NCBI GenBank assembly: GCA_001824745.1
Contig: MHSZ01000031.1
Span: forward strand, 11,309-37,378
Origin: Candidatus Terrybacteria bacterium RIFCSPLOWO2_01_FULL_58_14
GTDB taxonomy: Bacteria; Patescibacteriota; Minisyncoccia; Terrybacterales; 2-01-FULL-58-14
DNA length: 26,070 bases
Direction: 5' to 3'
Shown here: positions 1 through 7,018 of the stretch, piece after piece
Position numbering within the stretch: the first letter of the stretch is position 1
How the letters are laid out: every line of letters starts with the position of its first letter
The notes under the pieces: model-generated
Told to the model about the DNA's origin: nothing
Database searches by the model: none
Seen by the model: the letters and a program-made list of their open reading frames with translations, nothing else
Position numbers and translations under genes: made by a program

Positions 1-2
1 GC

Positions 3-158
3 GGTGCGACCACCGGCGCCTGGCCCGGCATCCAATCCTTTGGCGGCTGGAAGATGAGCGGGCTTTCGGGTGTCAGCGCCTTCGGCCCCTGGTACCTCAC
101 CAAGTTCGGCCACGAGCAGTGCCGGACCGTAGTCCGCGAACGCCAAAAGAGGCAGTAA
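3..158 (+). CDS. C-terminal fragment of an aldehyde dehydrogenase family protein (1-pyrroline-5-carboxylate dehydrogenase-like), 5'-truncated by the window edge
   Basis: Frame from position 3 reads GATTGAWPGIQSFGGWKMSGLSGVSAFGPWYLTKFGHEQCRTVVRERQKRQ, stop TAA 156-158. The TGA-x-x-G-x-Q-x-FGG-x-K-x-SG segment matches the ALDH/P5CDH C-terminal signature. Absent from the ORF track because it has no start in the window. Confidence 0.8.
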   Translation, partial: GATTGAWPGIQSFGGWKMSGLSGVSAFGPWYLTKFGHEQCRTVVRERQKRQ

Positions 159-162
159 CTAC

Positions 163-188
163 AATGTCCCGATGTACATCGGGACATT
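163..188. terminator. Perfect 26-bp palindrome, probable intrinsic terminator of the ALDH gene
   Basis: AATGTCCCGATGTACATCGGGACATT is its own reverse complement, starts 4 nt after the ALDH stop and runs into TTTCCTTT on the + strand. Confidence 0.7.
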
Positions 189-196
189 TCCTTTGC

Positions 197-260
197 CAAT
201 CTCGCCTGCGAGCCGCCGCGAGAAGTTGCGAGATTGCGCATCCCGATCGTAATCGGGATG
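197..260. repeat. Two further inverted repeats between the convergent ALDH and HAD genes
   Basis: CAATCTCGC (197-205) / GCGAGATTG (228-236); CATCCCGAT-CGTA-ATCGGGATG (239-260). Confidence 0.7.
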
Positions 261-273
261 GTCGCTTTCACCT

Positions 274-855
274 TCAGCGCTCCGCCTCAAGAGGGGCTAA
301 AAGCGCGGGAAGCTCCCTCCACGACTTCATCGCCACGATACCATCGAAGACCTGCTGCTCGTAATTCCCGAATGGATCAAAAAGGATTCGACACGGAACG
401 GATTGCAGGTACTGAAGCACTCCTTGCTGGTCATCAACGAACGCCACCACTCCTTCACGGGCACACACGTCATCTTTCTCGGAATCCTGATCTACGAAGA
501 AGAGCCGATCGGAAGGAATAAGCTCGGAGAGTTCCCTCGCAATCCACGTACCCGCTCCCGCTCGTCCATCCCCTTTTCTTCGAGAAACGAGAGAAAAGTG
601 CCAACCGCGTTTTCGGAGTTCTTCGAGCGTCTGTAAGACGCCGTCGTTGCGGGGAGAACCGTCGGCGAGCTTGCGGTAAAGCCGATGCTGAAGTTCACGA
701 TAGTGTTCCGGCGTCATGAGGTGCTGGAGGACTTCCGACGCCGTCTCGCGCGGCGTGAATGCGTAACCGAGGGACTCGGTGATCTCAAGTTTCGCTCCCG
801 TGTGATCGGCGAGTGTGCCGTCGAGATCCAAACCAAGATGCAAATGCGATGACAT
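274..855 (-). CDS. HAD-superfamily phosphatase, 5'(3')-deoxyribonucleotidase (NT5C)-like
   Basis: N-terminal HAD motif I GLDLDGTLAD, motif II VSRR, motif III K (SEK), motif IV AFVDD, C-terminal ILFDPFGN...SWREL typical of NT5C-like proteins; 193 aa. Confidence 0.8.
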   Translation of the reverse strand: MSSHLHLGLDLDGTLADHTGAKLEITESLGYAFTPRETASEVLQHLMTPEHYRELQHRLYRKLADGSPRNDGVLQTLEELRKRGWHFSLVSRRKGDGRAGAGTWIARELSELIPSDRLFFVDQDSEKDDVCAREGVVAFVDDQQGVLQYLQSVPCRILFDPFGNYEQQVFDGIVAMKSWRELPALLAPLEAER

Positions 856-890
856 ATGTATTCACGTTAGCGTGGGAAGAAGAATGAGAA

Positions 891-913
891 AAGCCCCCGC
901 ATGTATGCGGGGG
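891..913 (-). terminator. Intrinsic terminator of the P-loop kinase-like gene
   Basis: Minus strand reads CCCCCGC-ATACAT-GCGGGGG followed by CTTTTCTCATTCTTCTT, 5 nt after the stop at 919-921. Confidence 0.7.
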
Positions 914-918
914 TTCCA

Positions 919-1653
919 TTACGAAACAGCGCCGAGACGCTCTTCGAGCATTGCGAGTGTTCGGTCGAGAAGCATGGCGGCGACCTGCCTCGGCTCAACT
1001 CCTGTCGTATCCACAAGCACGACGGGTGCGCCGCGACGCTGCCAAAAACGATGCGCTTCACGTGCGATGTCGACAAGAAGCCGAATGGATTCAGGATTCG
1101 TGGTTTCGCCCAAAACATCCTCGGGCAGCGCTTTGCTGTTTCGGCGAATCGCTTCCTCGGGATCGCACACGGTGAAAAAGCAGATATCGACGGCGCTGCG
1201 CCATCGCGGATCCGTGAAGAATCGCTGGTATGCGCGGGCCGTCGGCTGATCGATTTTCCCCTTCCGCACCCAGTACTCCATCCAGCACCAGGGGTCGTAG
1301 AGACCGCGATCGAGGATCAGAAGATCGGTGCGCCGATCGTGCATCGCGTCGAGCACGAGCCCCAACTGGTAGATGCCCGTCCGAACGTTATACTCGGGGC
1401 CGGTACGCGGAATGTGTCGCACGACTTCGGCACCTTCTTGCGGGCGCTCCACCTGAAAATCGAGACGCCGGAAGAACGGATCAAAGATATCGATGAGGGT
1501 GGTCTTTCCTGCATCAGGAGAGCCGGTAAACTCAAGGATCACCGGTCGGGGAAGTGCTGCATGCTTGATACCCTGGGGATCGAGAAGCTCACGGATACGC
1601 CGCGCGCGTTCCGTCAATCTCAGCTCGGCCACTGCACTGCTCCGTATTTGCAA
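919..1653 (-). CDS. P-loop NTPase, thymidylate/deoxynucleoside-monophosphate kinase-like (AAA_28-like)
   Basis: Walker A GSPDAGKT (1501-1524), E after the P-loop (PQEGAE), kinase-type LILDRGLYD motif (D at 1309-1311), CDPEEAIRR lid and C-terminal VDTT. Start moved from 1695 to TTG at 1653 because GGAGAG precedes it and a promoter overlaps the 1695 TTG. Confidence 0.75.
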   Translation of the reverse strand: MQIRSSAVAELRLTERARRIRELLDPQGIKHAALPRPVILEFTGSPDAGKTTLIDIFDPFFRRLDFQVERPQEGAEVVRHIPRTGPEYNVRTGIYQLGLVLDAMHDRRTDLLILDRGLYDPWCWMEYWVRKGKIDQPTARAYQRFFTDPRWRSAVDICFFTVCDPEEAIRRNSKALPEDVLGETTNPESIRLLVDIAREAHRFWQRRGAPVVLVDTTGVEPRQVAAMLLDRTLAMLEERLGAVS

Positions 1654-1666
1654 AGTGCTCTCCGCT

Positions 1667-1695
1667 ACCCTACCCCGCTCACAACCCTGCCGCAA
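1667..1695 (-). promoter_or_regulatory. Sigma70-like promoter for the kinase-like gene
   Basis: Minus strand TTGCGG (1690-1695) - 17 nt - TAGGGT (1667-1672), 13 nt upstream of the TTG start. Confidence 0.5.
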
Positions 1696-1764
1696 GAAGT
1701 TTGACGCCGCGGGGCCCGCGATGCTTCAACGGACAAAGAGTACATTCCCAAGGAGCAATATCGA

Positions 1765-2460
1765 ATGGCTGCAGCGAAACCGCGCCCAAGCGACTTTAGC
1801 CCGATCCCCGTAAACGAGTTTCTCACGCGCACCGGCATCGACCTTGCACGGATACCCGGATGCGAGCACGTCGAACTCATCGTCTCCCCCCGCGATATCG
1901 CGCGTGTCGAAGATATCGCACTGATGCGGAACGAGTATCGCAATCAGCTCCTAGAATCCGTGGGGCTCGCAGAGAATCGTGGGCAACAACTCTACCGCGA
2001 CCGAGCTATTCATCAACTCCTCATCGATCCGCGCGATCTCGTTTTAGGCCAACGCTACGTCTATCGCCCGAACTATGTCTCCATCGTGGAGGAGCTTCGC
2101 GACCTCTTCGAGGGCTTTGGGGTTCGCGGGGGATTCACCCAGTTCTTCGCATGCCGCATCGTCGGCCAAGATCTCGAAGGCCACCGCGTCCTCGCGCACT
2201 TCCTCCCTCCGATCCTCGAACGGCATGGCGCGCGCCTCATCTTGATGGACGGCGTTCACCGAAACTATCTCGCCCGGCAAGCCGGCGTCTCCATTGAGTG
2301 CCTCGTGGTCGACAACGTCGTTGCGGCATTCCCGTGCTCGACACGACGCTGGGAGACGATTGCCGTCACGGACGTGAAGCCGCCGAACATCGAAGACCGT
2401 TACTTCGATCTCGACCGCGGCCTGTTTCGCGACGTGAAATACATCGGCATCGACGGATAA
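1765..2460 (+). CDS. ParB/Sulfiredoxin-fold protein of unknown function
   Basis: SD AAGGAG at 1750-1755. DPRDLVLGQRYV and PPILERHGARLILMDGVHRNYLARQAG (DGVHR at 2248-2262) match the ParB/Srx core PP...hhDGxHR. No HTH is evident after the core; 231 aa. Confidence 0.65.
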   Translation: MAAAKPRPSDFSPIPVNEFLTRTGIDLARIPGCEHVELIVSPRDIARVEDIALMRNEYRNQLLESVGLAENRGQQLYRDRAIHQLLIDPRDLVLGQRYVYRPNYVSIVEELRDLFEGFGVRGGFTQFFACRIVGQDLEGHRVLAHFLPPILERHGARLILMDGVHRNYLARQAGVSIECLVVDNVVAAFPCSTRRWETIAVTDVKPPNIEDRYFDLDRGLFRDVKYIGIDG

Positions 2461-2468
2461 GAGAACAT

Positions 2469-2491
2469 CCCCCGCCTTCCGGCGGGGGCTT
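2469..2491 (+). terminator. Intrinsic terminator of the ParB/Srx-like gene
   Basis: CCCCCGCC-TTCC-GGCGGGGG followed by CTTCCTTT, 8 nt after the stop. Confidence 0.7.
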
Positions 2492-2500
2492 CCTTTGCGC

Positions 2501-2529
2501 TTGCCTCAAAACGAAACCGTTGCTATTCT
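2501..2529 (+). promoter_or_regulatory. Sigma70-like promoter with extended -10 for the kinase-CYTH gene
   Basis: TTGCCT (2501-2506) - 17 nt - TATTCT (2524-2529) with TG at 2521-2522; SD-like GAGGAG upstream of ATG 2579. Confidence 0.6.
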
Positions 2530-2578
2530 GCGGCCACTCGCGATCTTTGAAAACCGAGGGTGAGAGGAGACGAAGATA

Positions 2579-3979
2579 ATGGCGCGCACGCGTTCGGCCA
2601 CTGAACGATTGGTTTCCGCGGGTATCCCCGAGGAACCCTTCACCGGAGAAGAGTTGGCGATCGTGCTCGAGGCGCTCCGAGAGACCATCGATCCACCGCG
2701 GCGCAAGAGCGACCCCGCGACGAAAACACTGCTCGTGGACTTCTTCGGTACCGCGAACTCCGGAAAAACGGCGACGACTGCGGAAATCGAACGTGCCTTC
2801 CGGAGGAATGGCTACCACGTATTCTGCCCTCCGGAGACCGCGGAGCTCGCAGAGATCCGCAACAAAGCCGTGGAGAATCCAACGGTCTTCCAGGCCCGCC
2901 ACCTCACCGGTATTCAGCACTACGTGCTGAATCTTGCACACAATCGGGATTTCCACCTCGCCATCATCAGTCGCGGCCTCATCGATATACTCTACTGGTA
3001 CGCGAAAGGCCGCCTCGACGGAATCTACAGCGCGACGCACTACGCCTCTGTCCGCCGCGTCGTCTTTGAGTTCCTCCGTCTCGATCTCGTCGACGCATTC
3101 TTTTTCTTCACCTGTTCAGCGGATGAGGCGATCCGCCGCGAATACGGCGAAGCAACAACCCAGCAACGCGGCTCGAGGATGAACGAACAAGTTCTCGCGG
3201 AGGCGCACGTCATCTACGAAGAGGTCCTCGCGGAGGTCGAGAAAAACGTCCCCGGCCTCCCGATCTTCCGGATCGACACGACTAACCTGAGCGTCCGAGA
3301 GGTCGCCGATGAAGCGCTCCGGCATCTCGTCCCCACGCTCTGTGCGCGCTTCTCCGTTCCCGAAGGACGCTATCTCCCCCATTCACTGACACTCCTCACG
3401 AAAACGGCGAATCGCATCCCTGTTTTCGAGGAGCAACTCAAGCTCCGCGGGCATCCGGACGCCGCCGCTCTCACCCGTCACGGCTGGGTGCACGAACGCA
3501 ACATTGCGCCTCGCGAAGAGATCTACCTCAACGCCAGGCCATCGGCGCTCGACGATCACGGCGTATTCGATGAGATCGTCCGTCTCCATCAAGAGGATGG
3601 CCTTTGGCGCTTCGTGTTCAAGAACCGAGCGGAGGATCGCCTCTTCTCGCATCGCCGGACGATCAACTTCGAGGTGAGCGACGAGGAGTCCCGCAACATC
3701 CTTGCGGTTTATCCAGAAATCCTCCGCCTCCGCCATACGCGCCATATCTTCCTCCAAGCGAGAGGCGACGACGGGCACTCCGACCATGTCCTCCACATCG
3801 ATTTGATCGAGGGTCTCGGAGATTTCACCGAACTCAAGGCGCGTGGCAGCGCCAAGACGACGCACACCCAAGAGCTTCTCGAGCTCGCGACCGCCTTGGG
3901 CTTCACGCCCGCCGATATCCTCGAAGGGAGCTACCTCCATCTTGCGCTCGCGCAACAGCACGAACGCGAAGGATTCTGA
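2579..3979 (+). CDS. Fusion of a P-loop dNMP-kinase-like domain and a C-terminal CYTH (class IV adenylyl cyclase/triphosphate tunnel) domain
   Basis: N-half: GTANSGKT (2747-2770), IISRGLID, CSADEAIRR, IDTT, collinear with the 919-1653 protein. C-half from about 3420: FEEQLK, REEIYLN, VRL, FVFK, LHIDLIEGLGDFTELK, LGF...ILEGSYLHL, matching the CyaB-like CYTH pattern. Confidence 0.75.
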   Translation: MARTRSATERLVSAGIPEEPFTGEELAIVLEALRETIDPPRRKSDPATKTLLVDFFGTANSGKTATTAEIERAFRRNGYHVFCPPETAELAEIRNKAVENPTVFQARHLTGIQHYVLNLAHNRDFHLAIISRGLIDILYWYAKGRLDGIYSATHYASVRRVVFEFLRLDLVDAFFFFTCSADEAIRREYGEATTQQRGSRMNEQVLAEAHVIYEEVLAEVEKNVPGLPIFRIDTTNLSVREVADEALRHLVPTLCARFSVPEGRYLPHSLTLLTKTANRIPVFEEQLKLRGHPDAAALTRHGWVHERNIAPREEIYLNARPSALDDHGVFDEIVRLHQEDGLWRFVFKNRAEDRLFSHRRTINFEVSDEESRNILAVYPEILRLRHTRHIFLQARGDDGHSDHVLHIDLIEGLGDFTELKARGSAKTTHTQELLELATALGFTPADILEGSYLHLALAQQHEREGF

Positions 3980-3985
3980 AACACT

Positions 3986-4009
3986 ACGCCCCGACTACCG
4001 TCGGGGCGT
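3986..4009. terminator. Hairpin between convergent kinase-CYTH and tatD genes, probable terminator
   Basis: ACGCCCCGAC-TACC-GTCGGGGCGT followed by TCTTC on the + strand. Confidence 0.7.
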
Positions 4010-4034
4010 TCTTCATGGCGCGGGATAGGCCATC

Positions 4035-4892
4035 CTAGATGGGAAGCGCGAAGAGGCGTTTCGCATTCTCTGTCGTCTGTGCTGCCACATCGTCAAATGG
4101 TTTATTCTTTAAACTCGCGATGTGCTCGGCGACATATCGCACATAGATCGGCTCATTCCGCTTACCTCGGTGCGGAACAGGAGTCATATAGGGAATATCC
4201 GTTTCCACCATAATGCACTCAAGCGGCACGTCTCGGATCACCCCGTCCCATGCGGAGTTATAGGTAATGAGGCCGGTGAATGACAATGAGAAGCCGAGGT
4301 CAAGATACCGATGCGCTTGCTCAAGCGTTCCCGAATAACAATGTGCAACGCCACGAAGCCCTTGGGGGACGTACGCTGCGAGAATCGCGAGAGCGTCTTC
4401 GTGCGCGTCGCGCGGCTTGCCAGCAACAGGCCCGGAACGGCAGTGCTGAATCACGGGTTTATGGAGTTCGATCGCGAGATCGAGCTGTTGCCGGTACGTC
4501 GCCTCTTGTAACGCGCGATCCTCTTCGGACACCGAAAGACGATCAACGTAATCAAGGCCAACTTCGCCGAGCGCGACCGTGCGCGGATGTTCGGCAAGCG
4601 GCCGCCATTCCGCCTCGTCATAATGCGCACCGTATGTCTCAAACGCAGGGGAATCCTCCCCTCCCCCGTCAAAGTGGGCGGCCTTGAGATGAATTGGATG
4701 GAGCCCCACTGCGGCCCAGATATCGTCCGGGTATTTCTCGGCATAGTCGATGGCGCGGCGTGCCGTCCGGATTTCCGAGGACGGTGCGATCATCTTCACG
4801 CCCGCCTCAATCGCGCGCCGAATCACCTCGTCCGCATCGTCCTTGAATGCGGAAAACTGAACGTGGGCGTGGATATCGACCAGAAGAGTCAT
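4035..4892 (-). CDS. tatD: TatD family nuclease (amidohydrolase fold)
   Basis: VDIHAH, AVGLHP, ALGEVGLDY, PVIQHCR, VAHCYSG, ETDIPY and GKRNEP motifs; ATG overlaps the upstream TGA (ATGA). Confidence 0.93.
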   Translation of the reverse strand: MTLLVDIHAHVQFSAFKDDADEVIRRAIEAGVKMIAPSSEIRTARRAIDYAEKYPDDIWAAVGLHPIHLKAAHFDGGGEDSPAFETYGAHYDEAEWRPLAEHPRTVALGEVGLDYVDRLSVSEEDRALQEATYRQQLDLAIELHKPVIQHCRSGPVAGKPRDAHEDALAILAAYVPQGLRGVAHCYSGTLEQAHRYLDLGFSLSFTGLITYNSAWDGVIRDVPLECIMVETDIPYMTPVPHRGKRNEPIYVRYVAEHIASLKNKPFDDVAAQTTENAKRLFALPI

Positions 4893-5539
4893 CGACCAGA
4901 AGCTGCACGTGTTTTGAGATGACGACGAATCCTATTGAAAAACAGCACCGTCTCAACGGTAAGAAGGGTGCCGTAGTATAGTGCCCCCCATACCAATAAT
5001 GTCTGTGGCGACTCGCCAAACGATCCGCCGCTGATTTCCGGTTGAAAATCTCGGAGTTCGGGGGGGAAGGGGAAGATCTTTTCAAGAATCTGTGCAGCAA
5101 AAAGTGTGGCCAAGAGAAGTATGAGCAGAAGTACAACCGAAAACGCCAATAGACCCTCACGCACAGATGTACGCGTCCAAAAGTGTTTTGCCACGAAACT
5201 AGCAATGAAGACGACCGGGATATACCAATCGTTGAACACCCATATGAGCATAATCGACAACGTGACGATCGCTCCTAGTGGGAAATACCGATAAAAAATT
5301 TCGTGCCCCCAAGAAGGATGGTGAGTAACTTTCCCGCCGCGCAGTACCCCAGTGGCGACAAGGCTAAGAAATTCAATCATGACGAGCAATGGCCCGATGC
5401 GAAATATAAAATCGGCATTCGCCAACGGATTACGCAGGGCAGAAACAAAAAGCCCGACCAGGAAAAAGCCGCTCAGCGCGGATAAGCCAAAGGACGAAAC
5501 GTCTCCGAAGCTCCAAGAACGAGCGTTCATGCCCTCCAT
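4889..5539 (-). CDS. Multi-pass membrane protein, unknown function
   Basis: About six hydrophobic segments in 216 aa; stop overlaps the tatD start; alternative start ATG at 5530. Confidence 0.7.
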   Translation of the reverse strand: MEGMNARSWSFGDVSSFGLSALSGFFLVGLFVSALRNPLANADFIFRIGPLLVMIEFLSLVATGVLRGGKVTHHPSWGHEIFYRYFPLGAIVTLSIMLIWVFNDWYIPVVFIASFVAKHFWTRTSVREGLLAFSVVLLLILLLATLFAAQILEKIFPFPPELRDFQPEISGGSFGESPQTLLVWGALYYGTLLTVETVLFFNRIRRHLKTRAASGR

Positions 5540-5548
5540 ACTTAAGGC

Positions 5549-7018
5549 CTAGATCCTCGGGAAAAGGGGCTCTCCTTTTTTGGGACGAAGCGTGCGCTCC
5601 TCCCATGGCGTCGTATCGCGAGGATCAATGCCGAGCTGTATGAACATCTCGCGCGCGGTCTTCGGGAGAAACGGGACGAGTATCCAGGCGGCATTGCCGA
5701 GAAGTATTAAGAGATCTGGCAGAGCTTCTCGCCAGTTCTCTTTCTCCCAGGGACGCCTTTCTTCGACAAGGCGATTGCCGTATAGGACAAGATCGAAAAC
5801 GCTGGCGAGTGCACGATCGAGGCGAAAGGCCTCGAGTGCCGCGCGGTGGCTCTTCCACGCCGAAGCGATCTCCTCGCGAATACGGTGACCGCGAAGCGTA
5901 ATCGGCTCGCCGGCCTTCTCCGCAACCGCAACCACGCGCGAGAGGAGATTCCCGAGCCCGTTCACGAGTTCGCCCTCGTAGATTTCCCGGAAGCGCGCCT
6001 CGGTGAAATCGCCATCGCCGGTAGTGGGAATTTCTTTGAGGAGATACCAGCGCACTGCATCGGCGCCGTAGCGCTCAATGAGCGCGAAGGGGTCCACCAC
6101 GTTTCCTTTGGTCTTCGACATCTTCTGTCCTCCGGAGAGGATGTGGCCGTGAACGAGCAGTGTTTTGGGGAGCGGAAACTTCGCCGAAAGCAACATCGCG
6201 GGCCAAATCACCGCATGGAAACGGAGAATGTCCTTCCCGATGGCGTGCACATCCGCTGGCCAGAAAGTTCGGAAGCGCTCGTCGTCCCCGCGCCCGAATC
6301 CCAATGCCGTCAGATAGTTCGGTAACGCGTCGGCCCAGACATAGATGGTCTGACTCTCGTCGCCGGGCACCGGAATCCCCCAAGGAAGATCTTTTCTTGG
6401 CCGGGAAAACGATACGTCCTCAAGGCCCTGCCGAATAAACGACAAAACTTCATTTCGCCGCTCCGAAGGAACAATGTGAAGCTCGTCTTTTTCGATAAGG
6501 CCGAGCAGCTCATCCTGATAACGCGAGAGGTGGAAGAACCAGTTCTCCTCTTCAATGGCTTCCGGCGCCGTGCCGTGGTCAGGGCAACGGCCGTCTTTGA
6601 GATCGCTCAGCTTCTTGAAGGCCTCGCACCCCACACAGTAAAGCCCCTTGTACTGCCCCTTCCGAAGGTCACCGGCGTCGGCGAGCCGCCGCCAGAACGC
6701 CTCGACTCCGGGCCAGTGACGCTCGCGGTCGCTCGTGCGGATAAAATCGTCGTGGGAAATATCGAGGGACCGGGCAAGCTCTCGAAACTTCGCACTCATG
6801 GCATCTACGTACTTTTTCGGTTCCAGATCCGCCCCTTGTGCGGCTTCGAGATTCTTGCGGCCGTGTTCATCAGTGCCCGTGAGGAAAAACCGCGCGTCTC
6901 CTTCCAGCCCGTGCCACCGCGCGAGCACATCGGCCTGGCAGAGCTCAAGCGCGAACCCAATGTGGGGCGGCGCGTTCGTATAGGCGATGGAGGTCGTGAC
7001 GTAAAACTTATTAGGCAT
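5549..7018 (-). CDS. metG: Methionine--tRNA ligase (short form, no C-terminal tRNA-binding appendix)
   Basis: FYVTTSIAYTNAPPHIGF (HIGH), FLTGTDEHG, CVGC/CPDH zinc knuckle, YVWADAL, GKDILRFH, KMSKT (KMSKS). Start set at ATG 7018, overlapping the rsmI stop. Confidence 0.97.
   Translation of the reverse strand: MPNKFYVTTSIAYTNAPPHIGFALELCQADVLARWHGLEGDARFFLTGTDEHGRKNLEAAQGADLEPKKYVDAMSAKFRELARSLDISHDDFIRTSDRERHWPGVEAFWRRLADAGDLRKGQYKGLYCVGCEAFKKLSDLKDGRCPDHGTAPEAIEEENWFFHLSRYQDELLGLIEKDELHIVPSERRNEVLSFIRQGLEDVSFSRPRKDLPWGIPVPGDESQTIYVWADALPNYLTALGFGRGDDERFRTFWPADVHAIGKDILRFHAVIWPAMLLSAKFPLPKTLLVHGHILSGGQKMSKTKGNVVDPFALIERYGADAVRWYLLKEIPTTGDGDFTEARFREIYEGELVNGLGNLLSRVVAVAEKAGEPITLRGHRIREEIASAWKSHRAALEAFRLDRALASVFDLVLYGNRLVEERRPWEKENWREALPDLLILLGNAAWILVPFLPKTAREMFIQLGIDPRDTTPWEERTLRPKKGEPLFPRI

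Noticed and set aside
159-273. Possible CRISPR mini-array or riboswitch
   Set aside because: Only two copies of an 18-bp palindrome, no unique spacers, no cas genes; it lies between two 3' ends, so it is not a leader.
119-636. Short plus-strand ORFs (119-364, 234-521, 403-636)
   Set aside because: They run through the hairpin region and antisense to the HAD gene; no SD or family motifs.
1654-1695. ORF-track N-terminal extension of the kinase-like gene (MRQGCERG...)
   Set aside because: Its TTG coincides with a -35 box; TTG at 1653 has a proper -10 and SD-like context.
901-1704. 267-aa plus-strand ORF
   Set aside because: Antisense to the kinase-like gene, which has clear motifs, a promoter and a terminator.
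1701-1730. TTGACG as the -35 for the ParB/Srx gene
   Set aside because: No convincing -10 at 16-18 nt spacing, so it is not reported as a promoter.
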